64,000 bases of DNA from Glaucostegus cemiculus (Eukaryota): contig CDPCPM010000045.1 in the NCBI GenBank assembly GCA_976551045.1, forward strand, positions 18,476,001 through 18,540,000. The letters run 5' to 3'. Position numbers and translations under genes: made by a program. Position 1 is the stretch's first letter, and each line of letters begins with the position of its first letter. The notes beneath the pieces were generated by a model that searched no databases, had not been told where the DNA came from, and was given only the letters and a program-made list of their open reading frames with translations. Positions 39,486 through 51,927 of this stretch are shown piece after piece.

Positions 39486-40689
39486 TCAATAAGTGAGCAG
39501 ACGTGCCTAGAAACTGGATCCATTAGTATCGGTTTTTCATGCACAAATCATGCACAAATATGATTTAACCACTTTACATTGTGCAATAATCATTTTAGCA
39601 GAAATCATGTCCATTGGAAAGTTGGCCTGGGCACCTGTGTATCTCAACATGCTTGGTGTTTCCTTGTTGCCAGTTAGTACCTCGTGATGCCACAGGTCAC
39701 ACGTTGCACTTTTTATCCAATGCTTGCATAAAACTGGAGCTTTTGTGCATAACTCTCAACATTCTTTGAGCATTCATTAAAAAAAAGAGACATCGCATGA
39801 GATGTCAATAACATTTCAATTAAAGGGTTACCATTCTGACATTGATGTTTTACACAAACAGGCAGTCTCTATTTTAAAAGGTTGGGATATTTGAAGCCTG
39901 GTCACTCGTTGTTCCAGCACTGATTTGCAGCCTGTTAAGTCTTGTGCACATCCGAAGTCCATGCTGCAATCTCTGTTTCACTGATCATCTTGCATCTGCC
40001 AGTGGTGTGGGTTTACTCATGGCACAGGACTCCATCAGGGAAGACAATCACATAGGGGCCCATGGAAGTTTGCTGTGTTCACCCCACCCCTTACCCTTTG
40101 ATTTTCTTCACCTCCATGGTAGTCCATTAGCTATTTCATAGCCGCCATGGGCAGTGTTTCTTAAAGGTTTGACAGTGATGTGACAATTGGGTGCTTTTTG
40201 AGGAGCTTCCATTTTATTGAATGATTCTTGGTATAAACCATCCTAACACTGTTTTTACAATATTATTGGCCATTTTCATGATTTTCTGCAGAGAATCTAA
40301 TTGGGTGTTAACATTAAATGTACTTAAAGCACTAAAAAGCATGAAATCCAGTCTCTTGGTAAGAATCAATACACTCAGGGGTGAATTAAAGTGGAGCAGA
40401 TATTCTTGCTGTATTCTGTTGCTTCTAGTTGGTTCTCTCCATGGATTCCATATGTTAATCCCCTTTTGTCTATTTGCTTTTTCACATTTTTTATACATTT
40501 CCACAGGATTGTGCATGATATCTGAAATTTGACAAACAGAAACAGTTATAATAGTTCATTGATCTACAAGGAACTAGAAACTGGTTTTTTAACAGTAGCA
40601 TGTGTTTGGCTAGAGTTCTCTAGAGAGTGTGGTGTTTCCTTCAAATAAATTTAAATCTTCAAGTAACTTAATCTAAGGAATTAGGTATT

Positions 40690-41015
40690 AGGCAGCATGG
40701 CAGGTCAACAGTTAGTGCAGCTGTTCCCAACTCCAGGGACCTGGGTTTTATCCTGACGTCAGGTGCTGTTTATGTGTATGTCCTCACCGTGACCCGGTGG
40801 GTTTCCTCCAGGTGCTCCAGTTTCCTCCAACCTCCCTAATTCGCTGCTGGAAATTACCTCTTAGCATAGTTAAGTGGCAAAAGAATCAAAATGGAGCTAT
40901 TGGATATGTAAACGAGAATGTTATGGGGAAGAACGAGAGAGAGAATGGGGTATGTGGGATTGCTCAATTGAATGCTAGCCTGAGTTCTGTGGGCAGAATG
41001 GTCTCCTTATGTGTT
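40690..41015 (+). mobile_element. V-SINE
   Basis: 'ctccagggacctgggttttatcctgac...gggtttcctccaggtgctccagtttcctcc', plus a CR1-like tail 'tgggcagaatggtctcctt'. Confidence 0.75.
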
Positions 41016-42753
41016 GTAGTAAACACTAAAACAGAGTAATCATTCTAAACCTATCCATATGAAAATGCTTCACATGTCCCTAATTGATGTTAAAACAAAT
41101 ATGAATAAATCTGTGCAAATATTTGATCTAAATTATCACACAGTATTTAACCCACAACAGAAACATTTTTGCCAGCATAAGTGCAAACAATGACAACTCT
41201 TAATCTTTTGTGGTTGAACGATTGACGAATTGAAGAAGCTAATTCTGTTCCAGCTGTTCCTGGTTTCCTCTAGTCCTCTGATATCAATAACATTTAAGAT
41301 TAAGTTTCTTTCTGTAAGCAAAAGACTAATTGGAGCCTCTGTTACAATAATAGTAATTACGGGATTCAATAAACATGGGATAGCAAGCATTTTTTTCTGA
41401 GGTTACTTTATTTCATACTGAAATGACTATGAGGCATCCCTGACCTACAAAGTGTTGACAAGTGTTATTACATAATACATTGCACAAGGTCAGATAATGT
41501 ATTTCATTGGAATAGCAAGAATTATGCCCAAGGCAATGCATAAATATAATACCTTCAAGTGTACATTTTTCATTAAGGTTCACCAGGTCCATGTAGGTCA
41601 TATTTCAGTGATAGAAAATGGAAGTGTAAATCCTATCCTCATCTTCTACATAACCTATAGGTTGCTTCAGTTGATGTGGATTGGGTTTGGCAGTATTTAA
41701 AGTATGTTGTATAATTCCAGTAAATTAGCCAAAACTAATTTAGTATGCAATCTGAAGCCATTTTGCCTGTGCACAAACAGGAGTCTGAAACTTAGCTCTT
41801 AATCACTGCAATTTAAAAAGTTTCAGTATAAAGTGGACTTTAAACAATTCTAAAAGAATGTAAACTAACTTCTCAGGAACTTTTCAAACTTCATCACACT
41901 AATGATATTAGTGCATTGGCATGCACTACTTGAAAGACTGATGGAAGACAAAATAGCAGAAACTTGAATATGAACTTGAAACTTGCAGAGTATTGGGAAT
42001 GGACAGGGGATTGGGACACATTGGATAGCTCTATCAAAGAGCCAGCAAAAGGCATGATGAGCCAATTGGCCTCGCAACGTACTCTGTGATTCTATGATTA
42101 ATGTAAGCAGAAGGCTGACTGTGTCTTTGGCTTGTTAACAGTTCTGCCTAACTGGCATCTAGAAGCTGATATGCAGAGCTCTATTTTCCTATACAAGTGA
42201 CAGAATGAGTCAGATCTGTTGGGCTGTAAGTCATAATATAGCATAACTCCACCCCTACAGACTAATTCAGGGATCAACTGGTATTAGATTCATTTTGCAT
42301 TTATATCACAGAGAAGCAGAAATGCCTCACTGCTTTACCAAACTTTGTGTATAATTATGGAGTCATGTTAGTAAGCATGCATGAACACTTTATAACTTTG
42401 TGACCAGTGACATCCCAATAAAAATAGCCTTTGAAAAGAAGTGAAATCAGGCCTGGAAAATCTATTTCAAATCTCCAGATTTACTGTACCCCTCAGAATC
42501 ATTTGCTTTTAGCTCACTTTGTTCAACCTATGCAAAGCAAATGCTCTTTCAGTGGCATGGAGAGGCAATGAAAATGATCCTAAAGAATTGAAGAAGAAAA
42601 AAGGGGATAACTGTCTTAAAATTCTGTTTTTATCCCTTGTTAGTACAATAGCTCTTCAAAAATTAACAAGGATAAAAGGTATCTTTTATCTGATGGCTTG
42701 GGAGGAAGCCCTTATAAGAGAAAGAGAATAACTTTCTTCTTTTTTGTTATCAG

Positions 42754-42787
42754 AGATGGTGGAACAGGGACCAAACCGATTAACCAG
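42754..42787 (+). CDS. MKX: Mohawk homeobox, coding exon 5 (34-nt microexon, EMVEQGPNRLTS)
   Basis: Strong polypyrimidine tract and acceptor 'ctttcttcttttttgttatcag|', donor CAG|gttagt. It converts phase 1 to phase 2 exactly as needed to join exons 4 and 6. Confidence 0.9.
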
Positions 42788-42867
42788 GTTAGTAAATTTC
42801 AGAAAATTATATTTGTAGAACTAAAAGTTGCTAATCTGCATACTAAACTCTCTTTCCTATTTTTAAG

Positions 42868-43054
42868 TTATCCAAAGAAAAAAGAAGCTTCCAAAGATGA
42901 AACCTACTGGAAGGAAATTAACGCTGCCATGGCCTTAACAAATCTGGCACAGGCAAAAGGCAAAATACAAGGAACAACCAGCTGTATCATTCAAAAGTCT
43001 TCACATATTTCAGAAATAAAGACTTTGAAAATTTCACCGGGTAAACCATTTTAA
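42868..43054 (+). CDS. MKX: Mohawk homeobox, last coding exon (YPKKKEASKDETYWKEINAAMALTNLAQAKGKIQGTTSCIIQKSSHISEIKTLKISPGKPF*)
   Basis: YWKEINAAMALTNLAQ and GTTSCIIQKSSHI match the MKX C-terminus. Acceptor ttttaag|, stop TAA at 43052-43054. Confidence 0.97.
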
Positions 43055-45165
43055 AAAAAGTTTACGTGACTTAAGACATTTCAGAAGCAAAAGCATTCCA
43101 TGTAAGTATATTAAAAAAAAGTGCTGCAATCAAATGCTGACTCCTGGCTCTTGAGGCCAGTTTAGAATAAATCTTTTTTTTAATCTAATGTTATCTTTAT
43201 TAATATATTTAGGATTTTGCAGCAGTTTTAAATCTTCTGTAATTGCACACATTTCTGCTGTTGTTGGCCAGCTTATTTTTTTAAAAACAAGAACTGACTG
43301 TAAATTGTTAAAACAGTACAATTTCTATCAAAGTATTAACTTATTTTATATTACTCAAATTAATCTTTGACATCTCATGTTGATGCTATCAGCATGAATA
43401 TAAAGTAATATAAATAATATATCAATAAGCTACAAGTTGCACACTGAAAGCATTTCTATCGCAGTGAAATTGTACTTTTGTATAACAAGATCAGTTCCAT
43501 ATTGTAAAGCTCATTTTTGACAAACAAAGCAAAAAGAAAGTCGACAACAGAGGAATGTACATTGGGGTCCTGAAAAAAGCATTGGGATTGTTCTGGCATG
43601 TCACTTTATTTTGACTGTATTCTAACTCTGTTGATATTGCTTTGCCTCAGAGAACACATGTTAAAAGCACATGAGAACTGGCAAGTCATACAGATCTAAA
43701 CTGTGATCTAATTAGAAGCAGCTACCTTTTGCACTCAGGATTCAATTGTGCCAAATTATTAGCCAATATTAAGCTGGAAGGTTCCATAATTAAGATGTGC
43801 TCAAACAATCACTTTCCATGATGACAGTATTTCAGTTTAAATTATGAAAGGATCTATTGGTGCAAGTTGGAACTAGTGAAGTGAAGAACCAGTATTACTT
43901 TCTTCATTAAAAATCTAAACGTAATGGACATAACAACATAAAGAAATATAAAGCTCATTATTATAAGATAATAAGCACAGAGTTTAAAAATAAAATCTAA
44001 TAAAATGGGGTGGAATTTTTCTGAGGAGATGGCTTGTATATTTACATCCATGTTTCTTGCTGATCTCATTAACTAAGGCTGCAAGGAGATGTAATTCAGA
44101 GGAGATCAGTAAAAATAATCAAAGCCCAATGATTGAGTCGAATTCACATCAAATATTCCTTTCAAGTATTAAAACTGAAGTTTCAAGCCAACTATCATTC
44201 ATGCACATGTGTAAGAACATGCAATTGTGGAAGCTTTTTGGTTTTTAATGTAATTTATGCTGAAGTAACTAAAATGCTTTCAAAGAAACTGGAAATAAAA
44301 ATGCAATTCTCAGAGAGCATAGTTTTTAAATCTGTTCAAAAATTAGGAATAAAACATTAGTTAAATTTAATGTTTCCTGTTGTGCCTAATATTCTGGTTT
44401 TATTTTTAATCTGGATTTGAACCATGATATAGTTTGATCAGCTTTAAAGTTAAAGACAAACAATAATTACATTCATAGCACACTTGTTTCTAAATTACCT
44501 CGGCCTTTTTTGCTTTGTCATGAACTTATTGTTTTAAATCCCAAGTGTCTCTGGGGACAAGTGAAGGGGGAATTTGACCCCTCTCTGTTTGTGCTATATT
44601 GGTCCTCGAAGGATGCCGGTTATACTGCCTATTTTGTGGTCAGGTGGACTGGGTTGTATGCTTGTTTGGGTACAAGATCTGACTTAAAGAAGTTGTCTCA
44701 CATCTCTTCAACCTATCTCAGGATATTGGCAACCGGTGGAAAATGAAGAGACTGCATGTGAACTTTTCAAGCTTACCTTCTAATTTAATTAGCAAGGAAC
44801 CAACTTTCCCATTACATTTATCTGATATTTGGGTACCAAACAATTCCAAAATTCTATAATATCAAAGGAAATAATTTTATATGATGTTTTTTAAAATTAC
44901 TTCCTATTTTTGAAATGTAAAAAAATCCAATGTAATATTCTAGGGCCATCCAGTGTAACTTCATTCCAAGCATGCCCTCCTCTTTGTGCAATGAACGTAA
45001 TGTATTTTGAGATATTTGTAAATATTTTTGTATCTTTTGTGCGAACTGTTAAAATTTGCAAATTGTAATATGCCCTTATGTGTAAAACAGATAATTGACT
45101 TATGATTTTGGCCTGTATAAAAGAAAGCAGCTTTAAAATAAAAGCTTTTTATGGTAGTGTCTTTT
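43055..45165 (+). other. MKX: Putative MKX 3' UTR
   Basis: AT-rich, no recognisable repeats, TGTA-rich distal end, ending at AATAAA followed by GT/T-rich sequence. Confidence 0.6.
45137..45142 (+). terminator. Candidate main polyadenylation signal AATAAA
   Basis: Several upstream TGTA motifs and downstream 'ggtagtgtctttttt...ttgtttgtgt'. Confidence 0.55.
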
Positions 45166-45549
45166 TTAATATATCACAATCAAGTAAAATGTTAGTTTCA
45201 ATTGTTTGTGTAGTTTCTGAATATATTTAATTGCTCTGTTGTGTTCAATAAGCAGTTTATTGCAAATATTGTTATAAATTTATAAATTATCAGAACAATA
45301 AACTAAGTGCATGACAACTATGATTCTTGAAACAATACATTTAACAATTCACCATATATTTACATATCATCAATGGGTTCTATGGTATTAGATTATTACT
45401 TTACTGTGCAACAATGACCTGTCTTTCCATTGTCCATGCATAATACAATCCTGTGATGCACTCCACTAACCTTTATATAAAATATCCTCAGAATAGTATT
45501 TATGAGTTTCAGACAAATCAGGAAAATTCTCCAGTTTACCTCTCCAAAG

Positions 45550-45812
45550 AGATGTACAGCACAGAAACAGGCCCTTCAGCCCACCGAGTCCACACTGACC
45601 ATCAAGCACCCATTTTTACTCAAATCCTATTCTAACCCGTTTTGTTCTCTCCACACTTCCCTCAACTCCCCACAGTTTCTACTACTCACCTACACATTAG
45701 GCACAATTTACAAGTGACCAGTTAACCTACCAGTTCCCAAACCTTTGGCAGGAAATCTGAGCACCCGGACAAAGTACACGTGGCCACGAGGAGAATGTGC
45801 AAACTCCACACC
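45550..45812 (-). mobile_element. V-SINE with CR1 tail (5'-truncated)
   Basis: 'acagcacagaaacaggcccttcagccc' (tail) to 'gagcacccgg...ggagaatgtgcaaactccacac' (V domain, reversed). Confidence 0.75.
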
Positions 45813-46144
45813 TATCACCATCATTTAATTCTCAACAACCAGAATTGTTCTAAAGCTATTGATCAGTCTAAAACTTGCCCAACAATGCCTACACAATTAC
45901 TTATCCAACTTGTTTCTGACAAAATTCCATATCTGAATATAATTGTCTAAAAATTGGATTTCACTCCATACACATTGTGCTATTGCCCAGTCAGATCCTT
46001 TCAAAAAAATCATGAAGTTGGCCAGAGTTACCTTTGGAAGAGCGCTATTGAGATTTACAGGCACAATCATGTGTGAAACCCACCTAGTTCCCAACAGGAC
46101 CAGCCTAAATTTGAGCAGCTTCTGATAAGTTGCTGCACATCCAA

Positions 46145-46342
46145 CTGAATCATAGACTCATACAGCACAGAAGCCAGCCCTTTCAGCCCACCTCGTTCAT
46201 GCCAAATGTGATGCCCATCTGCACTAATCCCATTTGCTGCATTAGCCCCATATCCCTCCATGCTTTTTGTATCTAAGTATTTGTCCAAGTGCCTTTCAAA
46301 CATTGTAATTGTATCTGCCTCTACCACCTCCCCTGGCAGCTC
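46145..46342 (-). mobile_element. CR1 3' end fragment
   Basis: ORF 46067-46396 contains LPGEVVEADTITMFERHLDKYLDTKSMEGYG. Confidence 0.85.
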
Positions 46343-46689
46343 AATAAGAGGAGCTTCAGCCCTAAAGGCATGCTCCTTATGGTAATCAGACAGCACCTAC
46401 ACACCATGATTTCTCTGAAGTAGAGAGAGTCCTAAAATTTGGTAAAAGAGTCCCGGCATTCTCATCAGTGAGCTCAATGCCAGGAGGGAGGTCACGTGTG
46501 TCAGGAGAACATGGAGAACTGCCAGGACCATCGGTGGTCCATCAGTGTGAGAATCCCCACTCATTCCTGCAATGTCAAAAAACATTTCATGTCTTCACAG
46601 ATATGTGAGTGTGAGGTGTCCACCACTGACAATCGTAAAGACATTGCAAAGCTCAGCTGTGCAATAGGATCTAAGTGTCTTAGTGCATG

Positions 46690-47130
46690 ATTTGCAGAAA
46701 GCTAGTATCCAGGTAAAGGAAATAGTAAGGAATGTTTTAGTTATGTAGGACATTGGTGAGACTACACCAGGAGGACAATGTACAGTATTACTCTCCTTAT
46801 TTAAGGAAAGGTTATACTGCATTGGAAGCAGTTCAGAGAAGGTTTACAAGATGATGGAATGGATGGATTGGCACTCTTTCAAAATAAGAATCTCCAATTT
46901 AAGACAAATGAGGTAAAATTTGAGGATCATGAACATTTGGCACTCTCTTCCTCAAAGTAGAGTTTTTCAACATTTTTAGGACATGGGTGGATATATTGTT
47001 TATAAAGAAGTGGGTGAAAGGTCACTGGAATGCAAAGCTGTGGTTACAATCAGATCAACCACTATCTTACTGAATGGCAGAGCAGGTTTGGAGGACTGAG
47101 TAGCCGACTTCTGCTCCTAATTCATGTTAC
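46690..47130 (+). mobile_element. Decayed CR1 3' fragment
   Basis: ALEAVQRRFTR-like segment at about 46818-46850 and tail 'gccgacttctgctcctaattcatg'. Confidence 0.65.
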
Positions 47131-47139
47131 CTCCTGCTC

Positions 47140-48545
47140 CTCTACCTCCAAACAAACTCATCTGCAAACTCATGAATTTGGCACTCAGCACCTCTCTTTG
47201 CAACTGGGTCCTTGACTTCCTGACCAACAGACCACAATGAGTAAAGATAGGCAGCAACACCTCCACCACGATTATCCTCAACACTGGTGCCCCACAAGGC
47301 TGCATCCTCAGCCCCTACTCTACTCCCTATACACTCATGACAGTGTAGCCAGATTCTGCACTAACTCCATCTACAAATCTGCAGATGAGACCACCATAGT
47401 GGGCTGAATCTCAAATAATGATGAGTCAGAGTACAGAAAGGACATAGAGAGCCTAATAACATGGCGTCCCTCAATGTCAGCAAAACAAAAGAGCTGGTCA
47501 TTGACTTTAGGAAGTGGGGTGGTGCACATGCCCCTGTCTACATCAATGGTCCTGAGGTGGAGAGGATTGAGATCTTCATGTTCCTAGGAGTAAACATCAC
47601 CAATAGCCTGTCCTGTTCCAACCACATAAAGGCCACAGCCAAGAAAGCTGACCAGTACCTCTGCTCTGGAGGTTAATGAAATTTGGCATGTCCCCTTTCA
47701 CCGGTTTTTATCAATAGGAAAGCATCCTATCTGGATGCATCATGGCTTGGTATGGCTCTGCCCAGGACCGCAAGAAATGGCAGAGAGTTGTGGACACAGC
47801 TCAGAACATCACAGAAACCAGCATCCTCTCCATGGACTCTGTCTGTACTTCTCGCTGCCTTGGTAAAGCAGTCAGCATAATCAAAGACCCCAACCACCCC
47901 AGATATTCTCTCTTCTCCCCTCTCCCATTGGGCAGAAAATACAAAAGCCTGAAAGCCTACCACTAGGCTCAAGGACAGCTTCCATCCTGCTGCTATAAGA
48001 CTATTGAACGGTTCCCTTGTAGCGAGGTGCTACTCACCGAGCTAAGAACTAGACGCAGTCGAAAGTCTGTATCCAAAAAAATTGGTTTATTTTGAATCTC
48101 CTGCGCTGGCCCTTTAAAGCCAGTTACAAGTCCCGCCCCCTCCGGACAGAAATGACACTCACAGAACGTCACTGATTGGCTCTCGTGCATGGGCTTTTTC
48201 TTTTTTTTAACAGAGAGGGAGGGCCGGCGCCATCTTGCAGCCGGCCTGTTTGCCGACGCAGCCCTTGTTCATGGAGCTGGTTCATTTTTCCTGCAGGTAG
48301 GTTGCTACACCCTAGTACAATAAGATGGACTCCTGACCTCACAATCTACCTCATCATGGCCTTACACCTTACTGTCTGCCTGCACTGCACTTTCTCTGTA
48401 ACTGTAACACTTAATTCTGCATTCTACTAAAGCTTTTCCCTTGTATTACCTCAATGTACTGCTGTGATGAAATGATCTATATGAATGGCATGCAAAACAA
48501 AGTTTTTCACTGTACCTTGGTACGCGTGACAATAGTAAACCAGTT
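47140..48545 (+). mobile_element. Rex1/Babar-clade LINE, 5'-truncated (RT C-terminal half plus 3' UTR)
   Basis: Translates to [46 protein letters not shown] (FADD equivalent) and LNVSKTKELVIDFRK. Has stops and frameshifts. Confidence 0.85.
48018..48309 (-). mobile_element. Solo LTR (292 bp) inserted in the Rex1/Babar 3' end
   Basis: TGTAGC...GCTACA inverted ends (TG..CA) and a CCCT target-site duplication at 48014-48017 and 48310-48313. The minus strand shows ordered promoter motifs and AATAAA. Confidence 0.85.
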
Positions 48546-48739
48546 TACCAATTTACCAGGAATGGATTGATGAGGATAACCAGGAACTGGAAATGCATGG
48601 CACTGATGGATTGGAAGCTCTGTCACAAGAGACAAGAAACAATTCCACAGGTACTCAAATGCCGAGGTCCAGGAGGAAACCTGTGACTTAAAGAACAGAT
48701 GGTGGGTTGAAAGTGTGCAGGGGGCCCAGCAACTTGTTG

Positions 48740-50530
48740 ACAGCCGTAACGTATTGTATGCAGGTGCTTCAGCACTGACAATGTCATGTGGCTCAAACAA
48801 CCAAAACCTTGCACCACTCAGAGAGGCATTGAGCAACTACTGGAAGGAGCACCTTGATTACCTCTTCAGTATGGACTTTGCACTTGAATCCATTCCACAG
48901 TAGCCGAATTTGGTCCAGTCTTGTTGCCACTCCTGACCAACAGGAAGCTGAGCCATATGCCAGCTAAAAAACAACAAGGTTTGGGGCAGGCAGTATCTCA
49001 AAATGTCACACCACTCAGAGAGGTGGTATGAAATTCTGAAACTTGCAGTGATGAAATCCACCTAATTATTTATATCTGGGTAGATAAGGATATAGCAGGG
49101 GATCTCAAAGCCACTTTCAAGAAAGTCCGATTGTGCTAACGACTGTGGGCTTCTCTTGCTTTCTGCCTCAGGGAAAGTCATCACCAGAGTCCTCCTCAAC
49201 CGCTTCCTCCTGGTGGTCGATGAACTTCTCCCAAATCATAGTGTGTATTCTGCCACCTAAAGATGCAGTAGACATGTCCTTCATCATGCTACAACTCCAA
49301 GAGAAATACAAGGAGCAGCACTAGCCTTTTTCAACCTCACTGAAGTTTTTCACTCTATTGACAGTGTGAGCACCTTCTTTAAATTCAGCTGCCCACAGAA
49401 ATTCATCCCTATTTTGTGTCTGCTTCACAGTGACATCCAAGACATCAGCTTAACTAACAGGTCTACCAAAGAACCAATCTCACTGAAGACGAGCAAGTCA
49501 CTGCCCCAATATGCCACTATACTGCAGCTCACCTCCAGGAAGCTTTCAGCTGGAGTGGATCTAATCTACAAGAAAAGTGGGAAACTATTCACCCCCAACC
49601 TCAGTAGTGGAGTTCCACTGTGCAGGCAATGTTTGCCCATGCTCAATGAAACACATGAGAGGATGGGCCTTGCACTCAACACCTGCAAGTCAAAGGTCCA
49701 CTACCAATATGTTCCTGGTGTTCATCCTCTATTAATAAAGTTTCAGTGAGACCCTGGAGCCACCTGTCAGCAAAGATAGACATTGCTGATGAAATTCTCC
49801 TGTACCTTCAGTGCACCAGCACAGCCTTTGGTTAGCTGAGTAAAAGTGTGCTTGAAGATCAAGACCTCAAACCCCAGCACAAAATTTAGCAGTGATCACT
49901 GGACTCCTGTACGTTTGTGCAACTTAGACCACCCACAGCAGGCACCTCAAAGTACTGGAGAGATACCACATTTACACTTAGTTTACAAAATCCTCCAAAT
50001 CATTGGAAGGATAAGAGAACCAATTCCTGAATCCTCTCTCAAGCCAACATCATCTTATTTGAAGTTCTAATTACATTGAGTCAACTCCAGTGAGTAGGCT
50101 TTGACACTTGCATGCCCACCATTGGATTTCAAAAGCAGACTCTCTGTTCCCAGCTCTGTTATGAGACGAGATTACCAGGTGAACAAAGGCAAAGGATTAA
50201 GGAAGTGCTCAAAGCTTCTTTGAAAAATTGCAACACCCCCACTGACTCTTAGTAATGCCTGGCCCATGACCACAATATGGAGAGAGAACATTCAGGACGG
50301 TGCAGAGTAGCTTGGATCCATGTGCAAGAGGGTACTGAAGCTCAGCTTTAACGGCAGAAGGAATGCACCATCTCATAAACCACCCAGCTTTCCGATCCAT
50401 GAGGCACCCCTGTCCCATTTGTGGTACAGCCTTATGGAGTTCTACGTGAGTGTCGATTGTCACCTCAGATCGCACAGAACCAGAGCGGAAGCATGGCAGT
50501 CTCAGTCCCGAAGGACTGCAAAGAAGATGG
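48740..50530 (+). mobile_element. Decayed RTE-clade LINE
   Basis: WKEHLDYL, GxxLLSASGKVITRVLLNR and DMSFIMLQLQEKYKEQH..FNLTEVF correspond to RTE RT motifs (RGISLLS..GK, RQLQEK..EQ, FxDLTKAF). GLALNTCKSKV also matches. Confidence 0.75.
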
Positions 50531-50934
50531 ATATTACAACTCCTAGATTCATGTTAGCTATAATCCTCTCAATAGTTAAAGACAGATCATTTGCCCTTGG
50601 TTAAGTTTAACTTCTATGCTTACTTCGTAACTTAGAACTTTTAACTCTTCAATCTCACCAAGCCTCAGATTTATTTTTAAAAATATATCAAATTGTAATA
50701 TATATAAAACTATCTCCACAGTAATCGGCATGTAGTTAGAATAATATTTTTTTTTGCTTTTCAGTTTCATGCCCTGCAGGTCCAATTTGGCATTTGATTA
50801 CATCGGTTGATAAAACTTTATCCTAGTTGGACTCATTCAGTGCAAAGTAAGCATTTTCATTCCTCTGTTGATGAACATTGTTTGAATTTTCTATGCAATG
50901 TGCTTTAGTTTACAATTACCGTCATTAATCCTAC

Positions 50935-51925
50935 ATAAGGAGTATCTCATTTAGCTCTTTCAGCCTGTAACACCATTTATTGATGTAATCAATTTGAGAT
51001 ACAGTCCTTTGCCTCAGATTATCTATCTCATACTTAAAATTAACAATTAGTTTTACATCAGATGTTGCAGATGATAATTCTAATCTCCCACCATCCTTTG
51101 TAGAATTGTTTCCTATCTTCAGACCAGAAAGGCTCGGCTCTAATTTTAGCCGTTGCCAATGAAAATAGATATTTTTCCCCTTTATATCTTGAAAACTTCG
51201 GTCAATTTTCCTCCTAACCTTCTAAATTCCAGAGAACCCTAGTTAGTATTAACCTGGTAACTTAACTTTTAGAATCCAGGTATCATCCTGGTAAAATTAT
51301 ACTATGTTCATTTTATACCTTTCGGAAGTTGTGGAGCCAAAACTGCTCACATTACTCCAGGAATATGTATAGTTGTGGCATAATTTTCATTCCCTTGTAT
51401 TCTGGCTATGAAGGTTAACATCACAATAGGCATTTTTATAATCTTTTGTCCCTAACGCTGGCAGTTTGATGATATATATACATGGATATTTACGAGTATA
51501 TGGGCATCTACTGTTTCTAGCTTTGAGTCATTTAGAAGATAGTTTGTTTTATTCCTTTATGTTCCAGAATGACTGACCTCACATGCAGAAATCCATTCGT
51601 CACTATTTTACCCATTCAATTACTCTACCAACTAAAGAAAAGTGTTATCTTTCCAAATACACTTTGGTACCCTACAATTCTGCATTTCTCTTTGATTTTA
51701 GCAAACCAGATTATATGGCTTTCTGTCAGCTAGGTCAACAATAAATATTTTGCATAGGTGAAGCCCTTTGTTTTGTGTGAACTTTGGCTCATTTGTGCAA
51801 CAGAGTCAAAAGATCATGAGCTTTTTCTCCTTCCTTAAATGGTGGAACAACATACACAGGCCTCCAGTTTATTAAATGGTTCCTGAAATGAGAAAACTTT
51901 GGAAGATTTTCTCAGGTGTTTTCAA
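50935..51925 (-). mobile_element. Very old CR1-like remnants
   Basis: 'ctaaccttctaaattccagaga', 'aactgctcacattactccag' and 'ggttcctgaaatgagaaaactttggaagatt' mirror CR1 antisense segments seen elsewhere in the window. Confidence 0.45.
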
Positions 51926-51927
51926 GA

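Noticed and set aside
42698-43054. 118-aa ORF as a standalone gene or longer last exon
   Set aside because: Only 42868-43054 is MKX-like. The upstream part is intron plus the microexon read in the wrong frame, and the ORF begins at a non-ATG codon.
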